From assembly GCA_963805625.1 (NCBI GenBank), contig CAWDVE010000016.1, positions 32,001-96,000 on the forward strand: a stretch of 64,000 bases of DNA, in the 5' to 3' direction. Position numbers and translations under genes: made by a program. Source of the DNA: an uncultured Candidatus Rokubacteria bacterium (GTDB lineage: Bacteria; Methylomirabilota; Methylomirabilia; Rokubacteriales; DASRDR01). Below the pieces are notes generated by a model. The model was not told the origin of the DNA, ran no database searches, and saw only the letters and a list, made by a program, of their open reading frames with translations. Positions 29,472-38,836 of the stretch are shown piece after piece (the stretch's first letter is position 1; every line of letters begins with the position of its first letter).

Positions 29472-30553
29472 TGTTCCTCCTCGAGCACGAGGCGAAGACG
29501 CTCCTGGCGCGGTTCGGGATGCCGGTCCCGCGCGGGGTGGTGATGGTCGACCCGGCGGCGCCGCTTCCGCTGTCGCCGCCAGTCGCCGTGAAGGCCCAGG
29601 TGCCCACCGGCGGCCGCGGGAAAGCCGGCGGGGTGCGCCTCGCGGACTCCGCGGCGGAGGCGCGGGCGCACGTGACGGCCCTGCTCGGCTCAACGCTGCT
29701 GGGGCACCATGTTCAGAGCGTGCTAGTCGAGGAGCGCGTGCCGGCCGAGCGCGAGGGCTATCTCGCGATCGTCCTCGATCGCGCGGCTCGCGGGCCGGTG
29801 CTGGTCGCGAGCGACGCCGGGGGCGTGGACGTCGAGACGAGCGGCGACGCGCTGCGGCTCGCGATCCATCCGTTCCTGGGCGTGCAGTCCTACGCCGTGC
29901 GACGGGTGTCGACCCGGCTCGGCGCCCCGATGGGGCCCGTGCTCGAGGCGCTCTGGCGCTGCTTCACCGGGCTCGAGTGCGAGCTGGTGGAGGTGAACCC
30001 CCTGGCCCTCGGCCCCGGCGGGCGCGGGGTGGCGCTCGACGCGAAGATCGTCGTCGACGACCGCGCGCGGGCGCGGCACCCGGAGCTGCCGGCGGGTCGG
30101 GCGGGGCCCGACCCGTTGGAGGCGGCGGGCGTCCGGCTCGGCGTGTACCCCGTCCGGATGGACGGCGCCATCGCGGTGGCCACCACGGGGGCAGGACAGC
30201 TCATGGCTACGCTCGACTACGTGCAGGCGCTCGGGGGGACGCTCGCCGGCGGCCTCGATCTCGGCGGGATCGTCGGCCATCGCCCGGCCGAGCTCGCGGA
30301 GGCGCTCGGGCTCGTGCGCGAGTTTTCCCCGCGGGCGGTCCTGCTGAACTCCTACGTGCGGACCTGGAAGAACGACGTCATCGCCGAGGCCCTGGTGAAG
30401 GCGATCGGCGACCTCCATCCCGGGTGCCCGATCGTGGCCCGGCTGGGCGGCAACCGGGCCGCCGAGGGCGAGGCGATCCTCGGGGCCGCCGGAATCGCGG
30501 TGACCCGCTCATTGGTCGAGGCGTGCCGGCTGGTCGTCGACGCGGTGCGGTAG
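29471..30553 (+). CDS. Succinyl-CoA synthetase beta-like (ATP-grasp) subunit
   Basis: LEHEAK, KAQVPTGGRGKAGGV, EVNPL and ALDAK motifs; divergent from canonical SucC. Confidence 0.85.
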   Translation: MFLLEHEAKTLLARFGMPVPRGVVMVDPAAPLPLSPPVAVKAQVPTGGRGKAGGVRLADSAAEARAHVTALLGSTLLGHHVQSVLVEERVPAEREGYLAIVLDRAARGPVLVASDAGGVDVETSGDALRLAIHPFLGVQSYAVRRVSTRLGAPMGPVLEALWRCFTGLECELVEVNPLALGPGGRGVALDAKIVVDDRARARHPELPAGRAGPDPLEAAGVRLGVYPVRMDGAIAVATTGAGQLMATLDYVQALGGTLAGGLDLGGIVGHRPAELAEALGLVREFSPRAVLLNSYVRTWKNDVIAEALVKAIGDLHPGCPIVARLGGNRAAEGEAILGAAGIAVTRSLVEACRLVVDAVR

Positions 30554-31434
30554 TGGCGATCCTCCTCGACGGCCGGTCGCGGATCGTCATCCAGGGGATC
30601 ACCGGGAACATCGGCACCAACTTCGCCCGCGAGACCAAGCGCCTGTACCCGGACGTCTTGGTCGCCGGCGTGACGCCGGGCCGCGGGGGCCAGAGCGTGG
30701 CCGGCGTCCCGGTCTACGACGTGGTGGCCGACGCGGTCAGCCGCCACGGCGCCGATGCCGCGCTCATCTGCGTCCCGCCCGCCGCGGTGAAGGACTCCGT
30801 CATCGAGGCGCTCGACGCGAGCATCCGGCTCGTCGCCGTCTATGCGGAGGGCGTGCCGCTCCACGACGCGGTCCAGCTGGTCGCCTACGCGCGCGCGGCG
30901 GGCGCGCGCCTCCTCGGGCCCAACGCCGCCGGCGTCCTCTCGCCGGGCAAGGCCGGAATGGGCGAGATCACGGAGGGCTACTTCCCGACCCGCCCGGGGC
31001 GGCTCGGCATCGTGTCGAAGAGCGGGAGCATCATGTACGAGACGGTGGCGCTGACCACCGACATCGAGGGGCAGAGCACGATGGTGTGCCTGGGGGGCGA
31101 CCCGATCCTCGGGACGACGTTCGCGGACGTGCTCCCGTTGTTCGAGGCCGATCCCGAGACCCACGCCGTGATCCTGGTCGGGGAGATCGGCGGCCCCGAC
31201 GAGCTGGCCGCCGCGGACTACGTCCGCGGGATGCGGACGCCGGTGGTGGCCTACGTGTGCGGTCACGCGGCGCCCCCCGCCCGTAAGATGGGCCACGCGG
31301 GGGCGATCGTGAGCGGCGGACGCGACACCGCGGCCGCGAAGAGCGAGGCACTCCGGGCGGCCGGGGTGCGGGTCGCGCGGACCTTGCCGGAGGTGCCGGC
31401 GCTCGTGCAGGCCGCGCTCGCCGGGGCCTGCTGA
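30553..31434 (+). CDS. Succinyl-CoA synthetase alpha-like subunit
   Basis: [22 protein letters not shown] and KMGHAGA (phospho-His). Confidence 0.88.
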   Translation: MAILLDGRSRIVIQGITGNIGTNFARETKRLYPDVLVAGVTPGRGGQSVAGVPVYDVVADAVSRHGADAALICVPPAAVKDSVIEALDASIRLVAVYAEGVPLHDAVQLVAYARAAGARLLGPNAAGVLSPGKAGMGEITEGYFPTRPGRLGIVSKSGSIMYETVALTTDIEGQSTMVCLGGDPILGTTFADVLPLFEADPETHAVILVGEIGGPDELAAADYVRGMRTPVVAYVCGHAAPPARKMGHAGAIVSGGRDTAAAKSEALRAAGVRVARTLPEVPALVQAALAGAC

Positions 31435-31443
31435 GGAGGGACC

Positions 31444-32202
31444 ATGTACCAGCACATCCTGTTCGAGCGAAAGGGCCGCATCGCGGTCGTCGCCCTGAAC
31501 CGCCCCCGGGTGCTCAACGCGCTGAGCGTCGCGCTCAAGACCGAGCTGTCCGACGCGCTCGGCCGGATCCGCGCCGACGACGGGATCCGCGCGCTGGTCG
31601 TCACCGGGGCGGGGGACCGCGCGTTCAGCGCCGGCCAGGACCTCAACGAGGCCAAGGACCTGGACGGCCCCGGCGCGGAGGAGTGGGTACGGGAGTACGA
31701 GCGCCTCTACGACGACTTCCGGGCGCTCGACATCCCGATCATTGCCGCGGTGAACGGGTGGTGCATGGGGGCGGGCTGTCAGCTCGCCCTCCTGGCGGAC
31801 ATCCGGATCTCGTCGGAGACGGCCCGGTTCGGGATGCCCGAGGTCCGCGACGGCATCCCCGCCATCTTCGGCCTCGGCCTCCTCTGGAACCTGATCGGGA
31901 TGAGCCGGAGCCTCTACCTCGTGCTGAGCGGTGACACGCTCGATGCCGAGCAGGCCCTGGCGGCCGGGCTCACCGTGAAGGTCGTGCCCCAGGCGCGGCT
32001 CCGGGAGGAGGCCGAGGCGATGGCGACCCGGCTGGCGGAGTTCGCCCCGCTGGCGATCCGGGCGGACAAGGCGTGGGCCCGGCGGCTCACCGAGGAGCAC
32101 TTCCGGGCGACGGCCCGCTTCTGCGTCGAGGCCCAGCACGCCTCGTTCGCGGCCGGCGATGCCCGGCGAGGGATGGAGGCGTTCCTCCAGAAGGCCCGCT
32201 GA
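31444..32202 (+). CDS. Enoyl-CoA hydratase/isomerase family protein
   Basis: LNRPRVLNAL, AFSAGQDL and AAVNGWCMGAG motifs. Confidence 0.9.
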   Translation: MYQHILFERKGRIAVVALNRPRVLNALSVALKTELSDALGRIRADDGIRALVVTGAGDRAFSAGQDLNEAKDLDGPGAEEWVREYERLYDDFRALDIPIIAAVNGWCMGAGCQLALLADIRISSETARFGMPEVRDGIPAIFGLGLLWNLIGMSRSLYLVLSGDTLDAEQALAAGLTVKVVPQARLREEAEAMATRLAEFAPLAIRADKAWARRLTEEHFRATARFCVEAQHASFAAGDARRGMEAFLQKAR

Positions 32203-32204
32203 CC

Positions 32205-33020
32205 GTGAGCTACGAGACGATCCTGTACGAGCGCCGCGGGCCGGTGGCGAAGATCACGCTGAACCGCCCGGAGGTGCTGAACGCGCTCAGCGTCGGGCTG
32301 ATCCGCGAGGTGCACCTGGCCTTCGACCGCCTCGAAGCCGACGACGAGGTCCGTGCGGTGGTGCTGATGGGCGCCGGCCGCGCCTTCTCGGCCGGCTACG
32401 ACCTCAAGGAAAGCGGCCGGCAGCCGGTCCAGGGGGTGGTGGCGTGGCGCCAGCGGCTCGAGCGCGACGTCCGCTTCACGCTGCGCGTGTGGGACTGTCC
32501 CAAGCCCGTCATCGCCGCGGTGCACGGCTACTGCCTGGCCGGCGCTTGCGACCTCGCCATGATGTGCGACCTCACCATCGCCGCCGCCGGCACGTTCTTC
32601 GGGGAGCCCGAGATCCGCTTCGGGAGCGGCGTGGTCACCCTCATCATGCCCTGGGTCATCGGCATGAAGAAGACGCGCGAGCTCCTCTACACGGGCTTCG
32701 ACCGCCTGACTGCCGAGGAGGCGCTGGCGCTGGGTCTGGTCAATCGCGTGGTCCCGCCCGAGCGGCTCGAGACCGAAGCGCTCGCGCTCGGCGAGGAGAT
32801 CGCCCGCAACGACCCGGAGGCCATCAAGCTGACGAAGATCGCGGTGAACCGCACCTACGAGCGGATGGGGATCAAGGACGCCCTTGCCATGAACCTGGAG
32901 CTGGACACCATCATGGAGGCCGCCGAAACGCCCATGCGCCGGGAGTTCAACCGGATCCGGGACGAGCAGGGGCTCCGGGCCGCCATCGCCTGGCGCGACG
33001 CTCGCTTCCGCCAGGCGTGA
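32205..33020 (+). CDS. Enoyl-CoA hydratase/isomerase family protein (second)
   Basis: LNRPEVLNAL, AFSAGYDL and AAVHGYCLAG motifs. Confidence 0.9.
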   Translation: MSYETILYERRGPVAKITLNRPEVLNALSVGLIREVHLAFDRLEADDEVRAVVLMGAGRAFSAGYDLKESGRQPVQGVVAWRQRLERDVRFTLRVWDCPKPVIAAVHGYCLAGACDLAMMCDLTIAAAGTFFGEPEIRFGSGVVTLIMPWVIGMKKTRELLYTGFDRLTAEEALALGLVNRVVPPERLETEALALGEEIARNDPEAIKLTKIAVNRTYERMGIKDALAMNLELDTIMEAAETPMRREFNRIRDEQGLRAAIAWRDARFRQA

Positions 33021-33081
33021 CGTCGCCGTCCGCGGCCGGGGTCCACGCCTTCCGCGAGCCGACTGATGGTGACCGCCGGGC

Positions 33082-34266
33082 TCACCAGAGACGAGAGCGG
33101 AAGCGGCCCAGGAAGCGCGCCCCGGCCTCCTCGATGACGATCTCGCGCTCGACGCGGACGAAGGCCTTGCCCGGGACCACGAAGCCGGACTCGAGGCAGA
33201 GGACCATGCCGGGCGCGAGGGGCATCCGCACCTCGCGCTCGAACCACGGGTTCTCCACCACCTCGAGGCCAACGCCGTGTCCCACAATGCTAAGCGCGGC
33301 GCCGAACCGCCGCGGCCGGAAGTGGTCGACGGTCTCGCCGACCCAGTCGCCGATCGGCAGCCCGGGCCTGGCGGTCTCGCGCATTCGATCGGTCAGGACT
33401 GCGCCCTCCTCGAGCAGGGCGCGCTGCCAGGCGTTCGGTTTGGGCACCGCCCAGCAGCGGGCCTCGTCCCAGACGTAGTTCCTGTACCAGCCGACGAAGT
33501 CGATGTAGATCATGTCCCCCGCGCGGACTCGGTTCGACGTGGAGAGGGGCCAGCGTCCCCACGCCACCATCTCCTTGCCGGCCCGGACGCGCACGCGGTC
33601 CACGCGGTCGGCGCCCGCCCGCATGCTCGCGGAATACGCCGCGTTGGCGATCTCCACCTCGCTGGCTCCCACCCGGCCCGCGCGCCACGCCGCCTCCAGG
33701 CCGGTGTCACACACGTGGGCGGCCTCCTCCAGGATGCGGACCTCGAACGGACTCTTCACGATGCGGAGCCCCTCGACGAGGTCGTCGGCCGGCTCCACCC
33801 GCAGATCGGGGAGTTCCCGCGCGAGCCGCGCGCCGTAGTACACTGGCATGACGTCGCTGCCGGCCAGCGCGATCCGGCCCCGGGCGAGCCCGGCGTCTCG
33901 CAGGGCCTCGCAGAGAAGCCGCGCCAGGTCGAATCCGGGACGCACGTCACGCACGACGGGCGCGATCGCCTGGCGATCGAACCGCGTTCCTGGGAGCAGG
34001 ATGGGTGGGCCGCCAACGGGCAGGACCACCGCGGCGAAGCCGAATCCGTTGTTGCGCTCGTTGAACGACCAGGGCGCGTTGGTGATCTTGTGGTTGGTGA
34101 GATAGCAGACGTGCCCGTCCTTGGCGAGGAAGCTCGCGAACGCGAGCAGGCCGTCGAATCCGGCTTCGCGCAGCGCGGCATGCGTGCGGTCGAGCCGGCC
34201 CTGGATCTCGCGCGGCGGCGGGCGGAAGCGACGGAACCTGGCTGCAGGCCCCGGTCGCGCCCTCAC
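33082..34266 (-). CDS. M24 Xaa-Pro peptidase family protein
   Basis: RIVKSPFE, GHGVGLEVVENP and GMVLCLE motifs; GTGA overlap with the upstream gene. Confidence 0.85.
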   Translation of the reverse strand: MRARPGPAARFRRFRPPPREIQGRLDRTHAALREAGFDGLLAFASFLAKDGHVCYLTNHKITNAPWSFNERNNGFGFAAVVLPVGGPPILLPGTRFDRQAIAPVVRDVRPGFDLARLLCEALRDAGLARGRIALAGSDVMPVYYGARLARELPDLRVEPADDLVEGLRIVKSPFEVRILEEAAHVCDTGLEAAWRAGRVGASEVEIANAAYSASMRAGADRVDRVRVRAGKEMVAWGRWPLSTSNRVRAGDMIYIDFVGWYRNYVWDEARCWAVPKPNAWQRALLEEGAVLTDRMRETARPGLPIGDWVGETVDHFRPRRFGAALSIVGHGVGLEVVENPWFEREVRMPLAPGMVLCLESGFVVPGKAFVRVEREIVIEEAGARFLGRFRSRLW

Positions 34267-35513
34267 GAGCGGGGGTCCCTGCCGAGGAACTCGAGGGCGC
34301 TCAGCGCGTGGACGCGGACCGTGTCGAGGAAGTCGACCACGGTGACGTGCTCGTCGGCCTGGCCCATCCCGTACGGCGTCGGCCCGAAGACCGCCACCGG
34401 GATGCCGACCCGCCGGAAGACGCGGGAGTCGGTGCCGGGGCTGGAGATGTTGAAGAACGGCGCCTCGCCGCGCACCCGCGTGACCGCCTGCCGGACGACC
34501 TGCATGAACGGCAGGTCGGGCGAGGTCCAGTTCGGCTCGCTCAGGTGGAGGATCTCGTACCGCATGCCGTGATGCTGCCGCACGACGCGGCCGACGTGGC
34601 GGAGGACGTCGCCGCTCGTCGCGCCGGGGGGCAGCCGGATGTCCACCTCGGCCTCGCAGTGGTCGGCGACCAGGTTCACCTTCGTCCCGCCCCGGATCAC
34701 GCCGACGTTGACGGTCAGGGAGGCGAGGGTGTCGCTGGCGCCGGGTCCGAGGAGGGCGTCGGTGGCCGCCCGCGCCTCGTCGATGCGCTGGGTGACCTCC
34801 CGCGGCACCGGCCACGCCACCGCCTCCAGCTCCCGGAGGTCCTGGAGGGCGGCCGCGATCGCCGCGATGGCGTTCCAGCCCGCGTGGGGATACGCGCCGT
34901 GCGCGCTCTGGCCGCGGCCGACCAGGCGCACCCACACCATGCCGCGCTCGCCGAAGCGCACCGTGCGCGGGGTGCTCGGCTCGCCGATGAGCGCCGCGTC
35001 CCCTCGGAGTCGCGGGTGCTGGTCGACGAGATAGTTCGCGCCCCACGGCCCCATGGTCTCCTCATCGGCCACGGCCGCCAGGGTGACGCGCCCGCTCCAC
35101 GCTGAGCGCCGCTCGCCCAGCAGGCAGAAGGCGGCGATCGAGGCCACCACGCCCGCCTTCATGTCGGAGACGCCCCGGCCGAAGATCCTGCCGTCGCTGA
35201 TCTCCCCTCCGTAGGGGTCGCGCGTCCACTCGGCGGCGCCGGTGACCGGGAAGGTGTCGAGGTGACCGTTCAGAATCAGGTGGCGGCCGGGACCGTTGTC
35301 GAGCGTCGCTAGGACGTTCGGCATGGTCTCCTGGCCCGAGATCACCTCGGCTCGATGTCCGCGGCGGCGGAGCTGCCCGGCGACGTAGTCGGCGGCCTCG
35401 CGGGTGTCGCCCGGCGGGTTTGGGCTGGGCTGCCGGACGAGTTCCGTGACAAGCTCGAGCCACTCGTCCTGCCGCGCGTCCACCGCCTTTAGGATTTCCT
35501 CGCCCGTCTCCAT
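34263..35513 (-). CDS. M20 ArgE/DapE-family amidohydrolase
   Basis: LNGHLDT, GRGVSDMKAG, ADEET, IGEP and ADEH motifs. Confidence 0.9.
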   Translation of the reverse strand: METGEEILKAVDARQDEWLELVTELVRQPSPNPPGDTREAADYVAGQLRRRGHRAEVISGQETMPNVLATLDNGPGRHLILNGHLDTFPVTGAAEWTRDPYGGEISDGRIFGRGVSDMKAGVVASIAAFCLLGERRSAWSGRVTLAAVADEETMGPWGANYLVDQHPRLRGDAALIGEPSTPRTVRFGERGMVWVRLVGRGQSAHGAYPHAGWNAIAAIAAALQDLRELEAVAWPVPREVTQRIDEARAATDALLGPGASDTLASLTVNVGVIRGGTKVNLVADHCEAEVDIRLPPGATSGDVLRHVGRVVRQHHGMRYEILHLSEPNWTSPDLPFMQVVRQAVTRVRGEAPFFNISSPGTDSRVFRRVGIPVAVFGPTPYGMGQADEHVTVVDFLDTVRVHALSALEFLGRDPRS

Positions 35514-35830
35514 GCGCCTCCTCCTTGGTGAATGGGTCTGCCAACGGGCCATTCGAGCCAGGCCACCACAGTAGGGCAGTCCCGGAGCCGCGATCAACGT
35601 CCCGAGTTGATGCCGCCGGCTCGGCGCTCAGCCGATGGGGGGTGGCAGATCGTGGCGCCACCGTCCACCACGAGGGTGGTCCCGGTGATCCAGTAAGCCT
35701 CGTCGGAGGCGAGGAAGGACGGACGCGGCGCCGAGAACGCCTACCCGGAAGATGCGCGTGGACTGTTGTGCATCGGCTTCGGCGCGGGCAACGCCCAGAG
35801 CATGGTCCAAAAGAAAGCCCGGCGACCAAT

Positions 35831-35925
35831 CACTGATGATCTCGTGCGCCCGCGCGAGGACCGCCGGCGGGATGGTAAGGCCAAGGGCTTTGGCGGTCTT
35901 GAGGTTCAACACGAGCTGGTACTAG
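35831..35925 (-). pseudogene. C-terminal relic of an ABC_sub_bind-type binding protein
   Basis: LVLNLKTAKALGLTIPPAVLARAHEII without the upstream gene body. Confidence 0.7.
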
Positions 35926-36287
35926 GTGAGCCTCAGCCGCCGCCTCACCGCCGTGTGGTCTCGCTTCCCAAGCGTAAGCCGGCTGCCCGGGTCAGTGCCG
36001 ACTGGGTGCCAAGCTTCTCCTCATCATGGTCCGGCCCTCGCCTATGCCCTATGCGTCTGCGCGGTGGGCGAACCGCGCCTGCCACGTGGACGTGCGGCCG
36101 ATCGTGGCGACGCATCGCGACGTGCGTGCGTGCGGCTATGGGCGAGGGCCGCTTCCAGGAGGACCATTACTGCCGGCTGTGGCGTGACGTGCTAACACCG
36201 TCCCGCCGCTCCGGCCGGGCTCGACGACTTGACCCTCCTCGTGGAGCGCGTGCGCCGCAGGTGCCGAGCAGCGGTGACTGAAGATCA

Positions 36288-36523
36288 TTGGCCACAAAGG
36301 CCAGCGCTCATCCGCGCTTGACCCATGCGTGCTAAGTAGTTAATCTACAAAGCGCGGGGTCGTGGTGCAGCCTGGTTAGCACACTGGCCTGTCAAGCAGG
36401 CGAGCGAAATAGAACCCCTCGGTAAGTCGCGGACTTGCCGAGGGGTTTTTCTTTGGGTGCTTGGTTGGCGGGGGGTGGTTCTGGGCCTGGCGAGGACGGT
36501 CGCGGGCATAGTTTCGGGCATGG
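36288..36523 (+). repeat. tRNA-Asp 5'-half module, copy 3
   Basis: Hairpin 36288-304; TTGACC-N17-TAATCT 36318-46; tRNA nt 1-42 at 36356-97 (42/42); terminator 36413-54; tandem repeat 36503-23. Confidence 0.93.
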
Positions 36524-36751
36524 CGATCGGGCAGCCGGAACTCGGTGTACACGGCGCCGCGGAGCCTCTGGGGTCGGCCGCTCGCGACCTACTCACCGTG
36601 ATCGAGAGCGCCGACACCTGAGCGCTTCCAGGCCTGGGGTGGCGCCCTACCGCCGTCAGCATGTCGCCCCCGGCGGCCGACGGCGCGATCATGTCGCTCG
36701 ACTGTTGGCGACGCTGGCAGGTTCAGCGGGCACAGGGGTTCGATCAGCCGG

Positions 36752-37288
36752 CTATTGGAAGTACGCCTCCAGCCAGAGCGCGAAGGTCTGGTCGTGGCGG
36801 GCGAGGTCCCCGATGATGATCGGTCGCAGTTCCGTCTCGTAGCGCTCGCGCAGGAGGGCCGGGTCGAGCGGAACGGCGCGGGCCAGGCGGGCGACATCCT
36901 CGCGGTCGATCGGGCTGTCGCGGGCGAGCTTCGAAAGCGCCAAGTCGTGCGCCTCGAGGGTCCAGAGTGCGAGACGTGGGAACCGGCCGGGCCAGAGGGG
37001 GGTGAGCCGCTCCTCGTACCGATCAGGCAGACTCGCGACGGTCACGTGCTGGAGATGGAGCCCGTGGGCGCGGGCCAACGCGCTGTCCGGGCCGGCGAGC
37101 TCCTGGAGGCGCGCGCCGTGCCTCGCGGGGATCACCTCAAGGTAGTCGAGATCGGCCGTCGGGCGCGGGAGGCCGTAGCGCATCGCGACGACGAACCCAC
37201 CAAGACAGTGGAGCGCCACAGCCTCCGGCAGGGCGGTGTCGAGCGCGGCCAGGAATTCGCCCCACGGGGACGGCGGCTCAGCCGCGAT
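36752..37288 (-). CDS. DUF6036-like (AbiEii-related) nucleotidyltransferase, copy B, intact
   Basis: NTase-fold motif CLGGF...RPTADLD and HDLALSKLAR...DRED. The frame extends upstream to an ATC at 37288 preceded by GGAGG; first canonical start is GTG at 37219. Confidence 0.75.
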   Translation of the reverse strand: MAAEPPSPWGEFLAALDTALPEAVALHCLGGFVVAMRYGLPRPTADLDYLEVIPARHGARLQELAGPDSALARAHGLHLQHVTVASLPDRYEERLTPLWPGRFPRLALWTLEAHDLALSKLARDSPIDREDVARLARAVPLDPALLRERYETELRPIIIGDLARHDQTFALWLEAYFQ

Positions 37289-37955
37289 GGCGCAGCGCCT
37301 CCGCCGTCCAGTGGGTCAGGAGATTCCAGTGGCGCGCGGCGGCCGACCGGTGCGTACCGAGCCAGCGCCGCTCGGCCTCCGGGAGCGCGGCGCGGCCCAA
37401 GGTGTCCTCGTACACCAGCCGGCTCCGGTCGAGGGCGGCCTCGAGCGCGCGGAGGGCCGCGAGGCGTGGCCCGTCGCCCTCCCGCTCGGCCACCTCGCGG
37501 GCGAGGCTTGCGACGAAGCCGAGGCGGTTCTGGAGGTCGTGCACCTTGGCCTCGCGCACGAGCCACGCCGGGTCGAGGTGCCAGTAGCGCAGGAGCAGCC
37601 AGGGCAGGGCCTCGACCGTGCGCGCCTCGAGCTCGGGCTGGGCGAGGGCGGTGAGCAGCACCGCGCCGGGATGCTTCGCCGCGGTGCGCCGCGCGAGGTG
37701 AGCGAACCCCGGGTAGTCGAGGGCCGCGAGATCCTGGGCGAGCGTGTCGGCGGTGACCCGCGGTGTCACCCCGGCCGCGGGTAGGACCGTCGGCGGTAGA
37801 CCGTAGACGCGCATCGCCCGCCGCGCCAGGGCGGGCGTGAGGGGCCGCTGCCCCGCCTCGAGCATCGCGAGGTAGGGCTGGGACACGCCGAGCCGGGCGG
37901 CGGCGCGGGCCTGGGTCCAACCCCGGGACTGACGGGCGGTTCGCAATGGGTGCAT
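37278..37955 (-). CDS. XRE-HTH protein with C-terminal domain (putative antitoxin/regulator), copy B
   Basis: WTQARAAARLGVSQPYLAMLEAG HTH; EALPWLL...QNRLGF; overlaps the NTase gene. Confidence 0.85.
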   Translation of the reverse strand: MHPLRTARQSRGWTQARAAARLGVSQPYLAMLEAGQRPLTPALARRAMRVYGLPPTVLPAAGVTPRVTADTLAQDLAALDYPGFAHLARRTAAKHPGAVLLTALAQPELEARTVEALPWLLLRYWHLDPAWLVREAKVHDLQNRLGFVASLAREVAEREGDGPRLAALRALEAALDRSRLVYEDTLGRAALPEAERRWLGTHRSAAARHWNLLTHWTAEALRHRG

Positions 37956-37964
37956 TGCGGCTCT

Positions 37965-37987
37965 TAGCTTATCACAGACTCTGTAAT
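37965..37987 (-). promoter_or_regulatory. Extended -10 promoter with inverted-repeat operator (counterpart at 17633-17654)
   Basis: ATTACAGAGTCTGTGAT inverted repeat overlapping TG-A-TAAGCT; copy A has ATTACATGCTCTGTGAT and TG-A-TAGACT; ATG lies 9-10 nt downstream. Confidence 0.6.
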
Positions 37988-38039
37988 GCTCATGCGAGCG
38001 ACCCTGCCATGAGCCTGCCTGGTTCGGGGACACGGACCC

Positions 38040-38320
38040 TGCAGCCTAGCAGCGCCCGGGCGGCCGTCAGGTCCGGCGTCTCGAATCCCTCGGTGAACCA
38101 GCCGTACACGCCGGCCACCAGGTCGCGCGCTTCCCCGGTACGCTCCTGAGCCTGCCAGCGGCGGGCGAGGCTCAGCGCGACGCGCAGCTCGAACGACTTC
38201 GCGCGCTGCTCGCGGGCGATCTCGAGCCCGCGGCGCATGCTGGCCTCCGCCGCCTGCACGTCGCAGCCAAGCGCGGCGAGCAGCTCGCCGCGCAGGCAGT
38301 GCAGGAGGGCGTCGACCTCA
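38040..38320 (-). pseudogene. C-terminal TPR relic of an adenylate-cyclase/ATPase family gene
   Basis: AKSFELRVALSLARRW...VYGWFTEGFETPDLTAARALL. Confidence 0.7.
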
Positions 38321-38382
38321 AGGGCAATACGTTGGAACTCCGCGGGAGCGATGAGGATGCACTGCGGCACACCCCGGCGAGG

Positions 38383-38686
38383 TGCACTGTTTTCTGTGCA
38401 CCCTGCCCTGATTTGTGTGCACTCCCCCCACGGTCGCCGCTCCGCGCATCGGCGCGCCGATGATCTCGGCGGATTCAGGCCCGAGGAATGTCGTCGTGCC
38501 GCGATCTTGGCGCGCGCCGTCCTCCTCAGGGCGGTCCGTGGAACCCAGGGTGCCCACGTCCGCGATCCGCGCCAGCTCGCGCACGAGGTGCACTGATTTG
38601 TGTGCAGTCACATCGCCGCGGCGACTGACTCCACGCGGCAAGTGCCCGTCACGACATGCGTGGGCCGATTTGGCGTGCCGCTTGCG
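38383..38686 (+). promoter_or_regulatory. sigma54 promoter with three upstream enhancer-like palindromes
   Basis: TGGCGTGCCGCTTGCG (GG-N10-GC) at 38671-86; TGC(A/C)C-N8-GTGCA at 38383, 38404 and 38589. Confidence 0.65.
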
Positions 38687-38836
38687 AGTCATCGCAGGCC
38701 GATTCCGGGAACTGGGGCCGCCCCTCAACGCTCCGGGGGGCCGAGACGAGGTGTCTCGGTCTCCCGTCCGCCGCGAAGGGAAGCCGGCCCCGTCGGCCGG
38801 GACCACCGTCCACACGACCGTCTGGGAGGGATCGCG

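Noticed and set aside
29471-31434. Calling these genes sucC/sucD of the TCA cycle
   Set aside because: The sequences are divergent and the context is catabolic, so the substrate is unknown.
11349-36397. tRNA-half repeats as a CRISPR array or as functional tRNA genes
   Set aside because: Spacing is several kb, no cas genes are present, and the copies lack the T arm and the 3' acceptor strand.
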